Origin: Cytophagales bacterium
Lineage (GTDB): Bacteria > Bacteroidota > Bacteroidia > Cytophagales > JAHDFW01
Reading direction: 5' to 3'
Assembly: GCA_020627945.1 (NCBI GenBank)
Contig: JAHDFW010000003.1
Location: 7,599-71,598 of the forward strand
Length of the DNA: 64,000 nucleotides
Numbering within the stretch: the stretch's first letter is position 1; each line of letters begins with the position of its first letter. The position numbers and the translations under genes are program-made. Below are positions 20,740 through 28,661 of this stretch, piece after piece. The notes under the pieces are model-generated. The model saw only the letters and a list, made by a program, of their open reading frames with translations, made no database searches and had not been told where the DNA came from.

Positions 20740-22338
20740 ATGAATAAGTATATTTTACTTCTTTTCGGGGCTCTAGTACTATTTGCGAGTCCGGTATTTT
20801 CTAAATCCAATGCTATTAGTTCTGATCAACACGAGGTAGCAAACAACAATTCTGAAAATGTTTCTGGGGAGTTAATCGCCATGAATACATTACAGGATGA
20901 AGGGGGTGTTTCTGCTGGTGAGGAAGAAGCTGGTCATGATGCTGATCATGGTCACCACGCAGAACCAGCAATTTGGTCCATTATTCCTTTTGTACTGTTA
21001 TTATTGCTTATTGCAACTGGTCCACTATTCTTTGAGCATTTTTGGCATAAAAATTACCCAATAGTTGCCATCGCTTTAGGTGCATTGGTAGTAATATATT
21101 ATATCTTCTTCTTACATGACCTCCATCACCCTATCCACGCATTAGCAGAATACGTATCATTTATTGCATTGATATCTTCGTTGTTTATTGCGTCTGGAGG
21201 TATACTTATTAAGATTGATAAGGAAGGTAAACCTATGGTTAACTTTATTTTGCTTGTGTTCGGTGCGTTAATAGCAAACATAATTGGTACTACTGGTGCA
21301 TCCATGTTGCTTATTAGACCGTTTATCCGATTAAACGAAAATCGCGTAAAGCCTTACCACATTGTATTCTTTATTTTCATGGTAAGTAATGTAGGTGGGT
21401 GTCTTACTCCTATTGGTGATCCTCCATTATTCCTTGGATTCTTAAAAGGAGTTGAGTTTTTCTGGACTGTAGAGCACGTTTGGATGCATTGGATTGTGGG
21501 CATTGGACTTTTAGGTCTAATCTTCGTATTCATTGACCGTCGTAATAAAGCTGACTACGATGGTCCTGATTCTCAAATTCAATATTCTGGTAAAATCACC
21601 ATGAAAGGTGCAAGAAACATCCTTTGGTTAGCCGTTGTAATTGGATCTGTATTCCTTGATCCTAACAAGCTTGGTTGGTTGCCAGGAATTATTCAACTAG
21701 ATAATGGTGAAGTATTATTTGGTATTACTGACAACTTAACGGAAGCACAAAACCTTGGGGCAACCAAATTTAGTGTTGTTAGGGAAATAATAATGTTTAC
21801 CGTAGCTATTCTTGCATATAAAACTGCAGACAAAGAATGCTTAAAAGGAAACGAATTCGATTTTGAACCTGTAAAAGAAGTTGCATATATTTTCATCGGT
21901 ATTTTTGCCACCATGATGCCTGCACTTCAGTTGGTAGGAACTTTTGCTACAAACAATGGTTCAATGATTACTGTAGATACATTATACTGGGCTACAGGTG
22001 CTCTTTCTGGAGTTCTTGATAACGCTCCTACTTATTTGAATTTCCTTGCTGCAGGTATGGGTAAAGCTGGTTTAGATATTGGTATTCCTGCTGACGTACA
22101 GTCCTACATGACTGGTGATGGAACGAGTTGGGAATTATTAGCTATTTCGGTTGCTTCAGTATTCTTTGGTGCAATGACCTATATTGGTAATGCTCCAAAC
22201 TTTATGGTAAAATCTATTGCTGAACAAACTGGTATTAAAATGCCTGCATTTGTTAGCTATGTAGTTAAATATTCAGTTCCAATCCTATTGCCAGTTTTAG
22301 CAATTGTTTGGTTGATATTCTTTGTTCTTCTTCGATAG
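20740..22338 (+). CDS. ArsB/NhaD (CitMHS)-superfamily permease, annotated-type 'sodium:proton antiporter', with signal peptide and His-rich N-terminal segment
   Basis: 532 aa. Polytopic membrane protein ('PFVLLLLLIATGPLFFEHFWHKNYP', 'NAPTYLNFLA', 'IGNAPNFMVK'). N-terminus 'MNKYILLLFGALVLFASPVFS' followed by 'EEEAGHDADHGHHAE'. Confidence 0.7.
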   Translation: MNKYILLLFGALVLFASPVFSKSNAISSDQHEVANNNSENVSGELIAMNTLQDEGGVSAGEEEAGHDADHGHHAEPAIWSIIPFVLLLLLIATGPLFFEHFWHKNYPIVAIALGALVVIYYIFFLHDLHHPIHALAEYVSFIALISSLFIASGGILIKIDKEGKPMVNFILLVFGALIANIIGTTGASMLLIRPFIRLNENRVKPYHIVFFIFMVSNVGGCLTPIGDPPLFLGFLKGVEFFWTVEHVWMHWIVGIGLLGLIFVFIDRRNKADYDGPDSQIQYSGKITMKGARNILWLAVVIGSVFLDPNKLGWLPGIIQLDNGEVLFGITDNLTEAQNLGATKFSVVREIIMFTVAILAYKTADKECLKGNEFDFEPVKEVAYIFIGIFATMMPALQLVGTFATNNGSMITVDTLYWATGALSGVLDNAPTYLNFLAAGMGKAGLDIGIPADVQSYMTGDGTSWELLAISVASVFFGAMTYIGNAPNFMVKSIAEQTGIKMPAFVSYVVKYSVPILLPVLAIVWLIFFVLLR

Positions 22339-22356
22339 AACACTAAAACAGAATTG

Positions 22357-22387
22357 AAAGCGAAGCTCAAAAGGCTTCGCTTTTTTT
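22357..22387 (+). terminator. Terminator of the permease gene
   Basis: 10-bp stem aaagcgaagc/gcttcgcttt (22357-22366 / 22374-22383) followed by a T-run to 22387. Confidence 0.8.
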
Positions 22388-22446
22388 ATGTCCATAGTGT
22401 AACAATTCTAAAACCTTGGAGTTATATAAGAAATAAGAAACGCCTC

Positions 22447-23346
22447 ATGAATAATAAATGCACTAAAACTTTGACTCTTGGTATCATTGCCTGTGTTTTT
22501 GGTTTATCAAGCTGTCAATCACAATCCCCTGCTAATTCAAAACCTGAATCGGTTCAAACTCATTCTGAAAATCCTAATCAAGAAAAATCAGTTATAATAG
22601 ATAACGAAAGTGGGTTAAAATTATCTACACGTTTCACCCCTCCAAAAGACTATGTTCGTACTAACATTAGTTCAGACGGATTTGGCAACTACCTAAGGCA
22701 TCTTCCTTTAAAACCATTCGGTGTTGAAGCAAAACTATACAATGGTTCTACTATTCCTATGTACGGATACATTGGTGTAGTGGATTTACCAATTGGCAAA
22801 AAAGATCTTCACCAGTGTGCAGATGCCGTAATGCATCTTAGAGCACGATATTTTTACGAAAAAGAGCAACACGACTCAATTCAGTTCAATTTCACCAATG
22901 GTATGGCTGTCAATTATGGTAAATGGAAACAAGGTTATAGAATAAAAATTTCAGGAAATAATACCAGTTGGGTCAAACGAGCTTCGGCCGAATCTAATGA
23001 ATCTGTTTTTTGGAATTATCTTGAAATGATTTTCATGTATGCGGGAACATTATCTCTGTCCAAAGAGTTAAAAGCGAGAGATCCTCAAAAGATGCAAATT
23101 GGGGACGTGTTTATTCAAGGAGGAAGTCCAGGGCATGCCATAATTGTCCTTGATATGGCTGTAAATCCAAAAACGGGTAATAAAGTGTTCATGCTTGGCC
23201 AAAGTTATATGCCTGCTCGAGAAATTCAGGTTTTAATCAACCCAAATAATGCTTTAATAAGTCCTTGGTATGAATTAAATTCGTCAGACGATTTGCTTGA
23301 TACTCCAGATTGGACTTTCGATTGGTCGGATCTTAAACATTTTTAA
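22447..23346 (+). CDS. Hypothetical lipoprotein (possibly DUF4846-like)
   Basis: Lipobox 'FGLSSC' in 'MNNKCTKTLTLGIIACVFGLSSCQS'. The track start at 22354 is rejected because the extension covers the upstream terminator hairpin. The family call is from memory only. Confidence 0.6.
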   Translation: MNNKCTKTLTLGIIACVFGLSSCQSQSPANSKPESVQTHSENPNQEKSVIIDNESGLKLSTRFTPPKDYVRTNISSDGFGNYLRHLPLKPFGVEAKLYNGSTIPMYGYIGVVDLPIGKKDLHQCADAVMHLRARYFYEKEQHDSIQFNFTNGMAVNYGKWKQGYRIKISGNNTSWVKRASAESNESVFWNYLEMIFMYAGTLSLSKELKARDPQKMQIGDVFIQGGSPGHAIIVLDMAVNPKTGNKVFMLGQSYMPAREIQVLINPNNALISPWYELNSSDDLLDTPDWTFDWSDLKHF

Positions 23347-23352
23347 TGCACG

Positions 23353-24015
23353 ATGCTTAAAAAAATATTTAACGTTTTTAAAAAGATTGCTAAAAAGTCG
23401 TTTTTGGGACTTCTTATTTTAGTAAGCATGGTACTGATGTCCAACATTTGGATAACTCAAAGCACCAAAAAGCAAATATTTGATTCTGTAGAGGCAATTC
23501 CTATCAACGATGTTGGGTTAGTTCTTGGAACTAGTAAAAGAACCAGAAGAAACACAGTTAATTACTATTTTAAAAATCGCATGGAGGCTGCGGCTAAACT
23601 TTATCATGCAGGAAAAATTAAACACATTCTGGTAAGTGGAGATAATCATACGATTTACTATGATGAAGCTACTGACATGAAAAACTATCTGATTCAATTG
23701 GGAATACCTGCTAACAAAATCACCTTGGATTATGCTGGTTTTCGCACTTTAGATTCTGTTGTAAGAGCGAAAAAAGTTTTTGGACAGAAGAAGTTGACCA
23801 TTATTTCTCAGAATTTCCATAACCAACGAGCAGTATTTCTAGCCAATAAAAATAAAATAGACGCCATTGCCTTTGATGCAAAAGAGGTGTCATCGAATAT
23901 TGACAAAAAGACCAAATTTCGAGAGTATCTTGCTAAATTCAAGGCTGTATTAGACATTTACGTACTTTTCACAAAGCCAAAATTTCTTGGAAAGAAAATT
24001 GACATTACGGTCTGA
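23353..24015 (+). CDS. sanA: SanA/YdcF (DUF218) family envelope protein
   Basis: 220 aa. N-terminal TM helix. 'ILVSGDNHTIYYDEATDMKNYLIQLGIP...LDYAGFRTLDSVVRAKKVF...IISQNFHNQRAVFLA'. Confidence 0.8.
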   Translation: MLKKIFNVFKKIAKKSFLGLLILVSMVLMSNIWITQSTKKQIFDSVEAIPINDVGLVLGTSKRTRRNTVNYYFKNRMEAAAKLYHAGKIKHILVSGDNHTIYYDEATDMKNYLIQLGIPANKITLDYAGFRTLDSVVRAKKVFGQKKLTIISQNFHNQRAVFLANKNKIDAIAFDAKEVSSNIDKKTKFREYLAKFKAVLDIYVLFTKPKFLGKKIDITV

Positions 24016-24051
24016 TTTAAATTAGGAATCTAGCCAATCTTTGTTAATTCT

Positions 24052-24081
24052 TTTGTTATACCACAAATCCCCTTAAATTTG
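24052..24081 (+). promoter_or_regulatory. Candidate promoter for lpd (-33 TTTG + -7 TAaaTTTG)
   Basis: 'tttg' at 24052-24055, an 18-nt spacer, then 'taaatttg' at 24074-24081. The ATG is at 24145. Confidence 0.5.
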
Positions 24082-24144
24082 TCTGCCCATCGGATAACCG
24101 TATGGGTTTCTAAATGAAGGTTTAACAAAAGAACAATAAATATT

Positions 24145-25539
24145 ATGTCTGCAAAATACGACTTAATGGTAGTAGGAAGTGGCCCTGGAGGATATGTGGC
24201 TGCTATCCGAGCTTCTCAATTGGGATTGAAAGTTGCGGTGGTTGAGAAAGCTGAATTAGGAGGAATTTGCCTTAACTGGGGATGTATTCCAACCAAAGCG
24301 CTTCTAAAAAGTGCACAGGTTTTCGAATATATGAGCCACGCTGAAGATTTCGGAATTTCTGTTTCTAACGCTAAAGTAGAATTTGATAAGGTTGTCAAAA
24401 GAAGCCGTGACGTTGCAGGTGGAATGAGTAACGGAATTCAGTACTTGTTCAAGAAAAACAAAATTGAGGTAGTCAAAGGTTTTGGTAAGGTGTTAGGTTC
24501 TAAGAAACTTGAAGTTACTGACGACAAGGGGAACAAAACTACCTATACTCCTGACCATATCATCCTTGCTACAGGTGCTCGTTCTAGAGAGTTGCCAAAT
24601 CTTCCTATTGATGGTAAGAAAATTATTGGTTACCGTGAGGCGATGTCTTTAGCTAAGCAACCAAAATCTATGATCGTAGTTGGATCAGGAGCTATTGGAG
24701 TTGAGTTTGCTTACTTTTACAATGCTATAGGTACAGATGTAACAATCGTAGAATATATGCCTAACATCGTTCCTGTTGAGGACGTAGATGTATCTAAACA
24801 ATTAGCTAGATCATTCAAAAAACAAGGAATCAATATAATGACTGATTCTTCTGTTGAGAAAGTAGATACTAAAGGAAGTAAATGCAAAGTAACTGTTAAA
24901 ACTAAGAAAGGAGAAGAGATTCTTGAGACTGACGTCGTACTTTCTGCAGTTGGAATCCAAACTAACCTTGAAGGAATAGGATTGGAAGAAGCTGGAATAA
25001 AACATGAAAAAGGTAAAGTTTTAGTTGACGAACACTACAAAACGAATGTACCGGGTGTGTATGCAATTGGAGATATTGTTCACGGACCTGCATTGGCTCA
25101 CGTAGCAAGTGCTGAAGGTATAATCTGTGTAGAACAAATTACGGGTCATAACCCAGAACCGTTAGATTACGGAAATATTCCTGGATGTACTTACTGTTCA
25201 CCAGAAGTTGCATCTGTTGGAATGACTGAGAAAGCTGCAAAAGAAGCTGGTTATGAAGTTAAGGTTGGTAAATTCCCATTCTCAGCATCTGGTAAAGCAA
25301 GTGCTGCAGGCCACAAAGATGGGTTTGTAAAAGTTATCTTTGATGCTAAATACGGTGAATGGTTAGGTTGCCACATGATTGGTTACAACGTAACTGAAAT
25401 GATTGCTGAAGCTGTTGTTGCTCGTAAACTAGAAACCACTGGACATGAAATAATTAAGTCTGTTCATCCTCACCCAACTATGAGTGAAGCTGTGATGGAA
25501 GCTGCCGCGGCTGCTTACGACGAAGTAATTCATATCTAG
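24145..25539 (+). CDS. lpd: Dihydrolipoyl dehydrogenase (E3)
   Basis: 464 aa. FAD motif 'VVGSGPGGYVAA'. Redox disulfide 'GGICLNWGCIPTK'. NAD motif 'VVGSGAIGVEFA'. C-terminus 'HPHPTMSEA'. Confidence 0.95.
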   Translation: MSAKYDLMVVGSGPGGYVAAIRASQLGLKVAVVEKAELGGICLNWGCIPTKALLKSAQVFEYMSHAEDFGISVSNAKVEFDKVVKRSRDVAGGMSNGIQYLFKKNKIEVVKGFGKVLGSKKLEVTDDKGNKTTYTPDHIILATGARSRELPNLPIDGKKIIGYREAMSLAKQPKSMIVVGSGAIGVEFAYFYNAIGTDVTIVEYMPNIVPVEDVDVSKQLARSFKKQGINIMTDSSVEKVDTKGSKCKVTVKTKKGEEILETDVVLSAVGIQTNLEGIGLEEAGIKHEKGKVLVDEHYKTNVPGVYAIGDIVHGPALAHVASAEGIICVEQITGHNPEPLDYGNIPGCTYCSPEVASVGMTEKAAKEAGYEVKVGKFPFSASGKASAAGHKDGFVKVIFDAKYGEWLGCHMIGYNVTEMIAEAVVARKLETTGHEIIKSVHPHPTMSEAVMEAAAAAYDEVIHI

Positions 25540-25565
25540 GGTACAGGTAAAATTATATACGTATT

Positions 25566-25600
25566 AAAAGGCTGATTCATTAAGAGTCAGCCTTTTCGTT
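25566..25600. terminator. Terminator after lpd (possibly shared with the convergent PrsW-like gene)
   Basis: Stem aaaaggctga/tcagcctttt (25566-25575 / 25587-25596), followed by 'cgttttt'. Confidence 0.65.
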
Positions 25601-25680
25601 TTTAAAGCCTCAATTTATTTAACGTGATTTCGGGATAATAATTTTGTCAGAGTTCTTATTTCGAACTCACGTTATTTTAT

Positions 25681-27018
25681 CTAATAAGGCTTTATATACG
25701 CCCACTCTACAAAGGTAAATTTCTTCTTATCTTTTCGATTGTGCTTAACATCATAAGCCTTATCGTGCTTAAGAATAGCTACTATTGGATATTGCTCCTT
25801 ATACAAAATAGGCTTTCTTCTTTTAGGCTTTAACAGGATTCTAGCCGAAGGAGAGTCTTTGTTATCTTTGTATAGCCTAGTTTTATAAAACGACTGATCT
25901 CCTTGCAAAAATGCTTTACCATCGATAAAGGCTAATTTGTTCTTCTTAATCTTAGTTTTGGACATATTCATAGGAAGTAGATAGAAATACTCTTCGTAAT
26001 AACTACTTATATGAGCATCGTTATACGATTCCCCTTTAATCTTTATAAAAAACGAACCCGAACCTTCATCATAAGAGTCTTTTGATACAATGGAAAATGG
26101 AAGTTCTGGTACGAAAGGATTCCATCTTCCTTTAATAAGTTTAAATCTACTTAGTCGCAAACACACCACAACAATGATAAAGCCATTCATTAGCAGCCCG
26201 GATAAAAGCGTACCTATCGCTCTCATTTTACCTTCAGTGAACATAACCAATATCACTTGAGTCAGAAGTACTATCGCATAATACATCAACAACCTTTCAG
26301 AAACTCTCCTTGAGTTAATGACACGTTTATATGTGAAGTAATTGGAGTTATTTAGACAGTTGTTGAGGATTACCATAAAGAATGATAACGTAGCCATAAA
26401 GTAAACTAGCATCACCAAGTAACCCAAGATTCCAAACGCTTCGTGGATTAAAAGGAAATCGTAAATACCATGAGACAAACTAGCCAGAAAGAAGAACAGA
26501 GGTATTACCCAAATGCCATGTTGCTTGGATCGATACTTAAACAACACTATTCCGTAACCTATTAAGGCGGTATCGAACATATGTCCTACTGTAGATAGTA
26601 TCGCTCTACCTTCAATAATCTCAGCACCGTGTCTATCAAAATACATTACGTTTTCTATTGCTGAAAAGCCCAAAGCAGCTGTACAGAAAAATGAAACATA
26701 GTCGATAGGGTCCGTAAAAAGCTTTTTCCTAAAGAGAAGTACTAACAAGAACGGTGTCGATTTGGCAAATTCCTCTAACATTCCAATTCCGAAAGTGCAA
26801 TACAAAAAGTCATTAATAAAACCTCCGTTTATATCCCACCCTGTATCATCCAAAAACCAATCATGTATTCCGAGTACAAGTTGAGTGGAACACCCCCCTA
26901 AAGCAAAGGCAAGAATAAAAAACCAAACACTCTCTCGGTCATAAACATCAATTAGACGGTAATAATCTACCCAAATCCATGCAATGAAAAACGCAACTAC
27001 TATGTACACCAAAATCAT
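25681..27018 (-). CDS. PrsW-family intramembrane protease-like protein with long Lys-rich C-terminal extension
   Basis: 'GMLEEFAKSTPF', 'SAIENVMY' and 'SHGIYDF' resemble the PrsW EE/H motifs. The start is set at M45 ('MILVYIVVAFFIAW') to avoid a divergent overlap with the next gene, and remains uncertain. Confidence 0.6.
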   Translation of the reverse strand: MILVYIVVAFFIAWIWVDYYRLIDVYDRESVWFFILAFALGGCSTQLVLGIHDWFLDDTGWDINGGFINDFLYCTFGIGMLEEFAKSTPFLLVLLFRKKLFTDPIDYVSFFCTAALGFSAIENVMYFDRHGAEIIEGRAILSTVGHMFDTALIGYGIVLFKYRSKQHGIWVIPLFFFLASLSHGIYDFLLIHEAFGILGYLVMLVYFMATLSFFMVILNNCLNNSNYFTYKRVINSRRVSERLLMYYAIVLLTQVILVMFTEGKMRAIGTLLSGLLMNGFIIVVVCLRLSRFKLIKGRWNPFVPELPFSIVSKDSYDEGSGSFFIKIKGESYNDAHISSYYEEYFYLLPMNMSKTKIKKNKLAFIDGKAFLQGDQSFYKTRLYKDNKDSPSARILLKPKRRKPILYKEQYPIVAILKHDKAYDVKHNRKDKKKFTFVEWAYIKPY

Positions 27019-27104
27019 ATAAGGCACAATATAACAACTAAATTGAAAATAGTAGAGGTTGGACCCGAGCAATATACTTACTTGCAAATTTGCATTAGAT
27101 TGAA

Positions 27105-27112
27105 TACATTTG
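27105..27112 (+). promoter_or_regulatory. Candidate -7 box (TAcaTTTG) for the LigB-type dioxygenase gene
   Basis: 'tacatttg', 14 nt upstream of the ATG at 27127. 'cttg' lies 20 nt further upstream. Confidence 0.4.
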
Positions 27113-27126
27113 TTTAAACAAATATT

Positions 27127-28008
27127 TTGAATAGAAGAAAAGCCATACAATTAATTACCTCTTTTACTGGAGGGTTATTCATGAATCAAATATCAGAAGC
27201 ATCTAACTTCCTCAATGGCCTACCAAAAATGGATTATACGTTTCCAATTCTTTTTATGGGGCATGGCAACCCTATGAATGCTGTCGAGGACAATAGTTTT
27301 ACCCGAGGTTGGGCAAATGCCGTGAAAAACCTACCAACACCAAAAGCAATCGTCTGTATTTCAGCACACTGGGAAACAAAAGGAACTAAGGTTACAGCAA
27401 TGGAGCAACCTAAGATGATTTATGATATGTATGGTTTTCCTCAACATCTCTATGAGGTAAAATATAATGCTCCTGGCCACCCTATGTTGGCACAAGAAAT
27501 TAAGAATAACGTCACTTCAACTAATATAAACTTAGATCATGATTGGGGGTTCGATCATGGAACTTGGTCTGTATTAGTCAAAATGTTCCCAGAAGCGAAT
27601 ATTCCATGTATTCAGTTAAGTTTAGATCGAACTAGGGATCTCAATTATCATTATCAGCTAGCTCAAGAGTTGCAAAAATTCCGCAACAAGGGAGTTTTGT
27701 TTGTCGCTAGTGGCAACATTGTCCATAACCTTCGAGTTATTATGCGTACTGGTAATAAATCTACCGATTGGGCACAGGAATTTGATCAAAAAATTGCTTC
27801 CTTAATCACTGACGGAAATCATACTCCAATTATAAATTATAAAAAACTAGGTCAAGCGGCTGAACTAAGTGTGAATTCGGCTGAGCATTACATACCTCTT
27901 ATTTATGCTCTTGGATTGAGGAAAAGGAACGAAGAGGCCTCCTTTTTCAACCATAATCAATATCAGGATTTGATGAGTATGGGAATGCGTTGCGTAAGAA
28001 TTGGTTAA
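27127..28008 (+). CDS. ygiD: LigB-family extradiol dioxygenase (4,5-DOPA dioxygenase/YgiD-like)
   Basis: 'ILFMGHGNPMNA', 'ISAHWET', 'DHGTWSVL', 'SGNIVHNL', 'EHYIPL'. Tat-like N-terminus 'MNRRKAIQLITSFTGG'. Alternative start at 27229. Confidence 0.8.
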   Translation: MNRRKAIQLITSFTGGLFMNQISEASNFLNGLPKMDYTFPILFMGHGNPMNAVEDNSFTRGWANAVKNLPTPKAIVCISAHWETKGTKVTAMEQPKMIYDMYGFPQHLYEVKYNAPGHPMLAQEIKNNVTSTNINLDHDWGFDHGTWSVLVKMFPEANIPCIQLSLDRTRDLNYHYQLAQELQKFRNKGVLFVASGNIVHNLRVIMRTGNKSTDWAQEFDQKIASLITDGNHTPIINYKKLGQAAELSVNSAEHYIPLIYALGLRKRNEEASFFNHNQYQDLMSMGMRCVRIG

Positions 28009-28652
28009 TTAAAAACTCGCTTTCTACATACGTCGCATAAATTCAAATTCACAGCATCGATAGTACTAATTTTCTCTGCGGCTGAACGCATAAAACAACT
28101 TTGATCATTTTCACAATGTGACAAACCTAAATTATGCCCTATTTCATGCAACGCAACTTTTTTAAGTCTAAGTATTGTTTGGGTTTCATTCTTCCCGTTT
28201 AATCTAAAATCCGAAATCACGCACGATGGGCCGGGTCTATATCCTAACCCAAAAATACCCCAATCCAAATACTTACTTTTAGGTTCTTTAACTTGACCTA
28301 ATGGACCACGTTTAGTGGATGATATATCGTGACTTGTATAGGCTAAAATCAAATCTACACTATCCGGCTTAATGGATTTTAAATGTTTAATAATTGAATC
28401 TGCTCTGTATCTAGGACTTTTAATGTTCACAAAAAATTCCTTAGGCATAGGTTTAGGTTCATAAACCTCTACTTCAACTCCGTAATATTGTATTATTGCT
28501 TCTTTAACTTGGTTCAAGCGATCAGCATTATACTTACCTAAGCATTGAATTGCAATTCGCTGAGGTTTGGTAACCCTGTAAAAATAATAGTAGGACACTG
28601 CTCCAATTCCGCAGAATATTAACAATGCTATAATGAATAATAAGCGTTTCAT
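28005..28652 (-). CDS. Archaemetzincin-like zinc peptidase (M54-type motif) with N-terminal membrane anchor
   Basis: 'HEIGHNLGLSHCENDQSCFM' followed by 17 residues and then 'CDVC'. This reproduces HExxHxxGxxxC...CxM-x17-CxxC. N-terminus 'MKRLLFIIALLIFCGIGAVSYYYF'. Confidence 0.7.
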   Translation of the reverse strand: MKRLLFIIALLIFCGIGAVSYYYFYRVTKPQRIAIQCLGKYNADRLNQVKEAIIQYYGVEVEVYEPKPMPKEFFVNIKSPRYRADSIIKHLKSIKPDSVDLILAYTSHDISSTKRGPLGQVKEPKSKYLDWGIFGLGYRPGPSCVISDFRLNGKNETQTILRLKKVALHEIGHNLGLSHCENDQSCFMRSAAEKISTIDAVNLNLCDVCRKRVFN

Positions 28653-28661
28653 TTATTTAAA

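Noticed and set aside
27127-27150. 24-nt divergent overlap between the PrsW-like and LigB-type ORFs.
   Set aside because: It is an artefact of maximal ORF calling. An internal Met at 27018 starts directly with a TM helix, and the plus-strand gene has a -7 box at 27105-27112.
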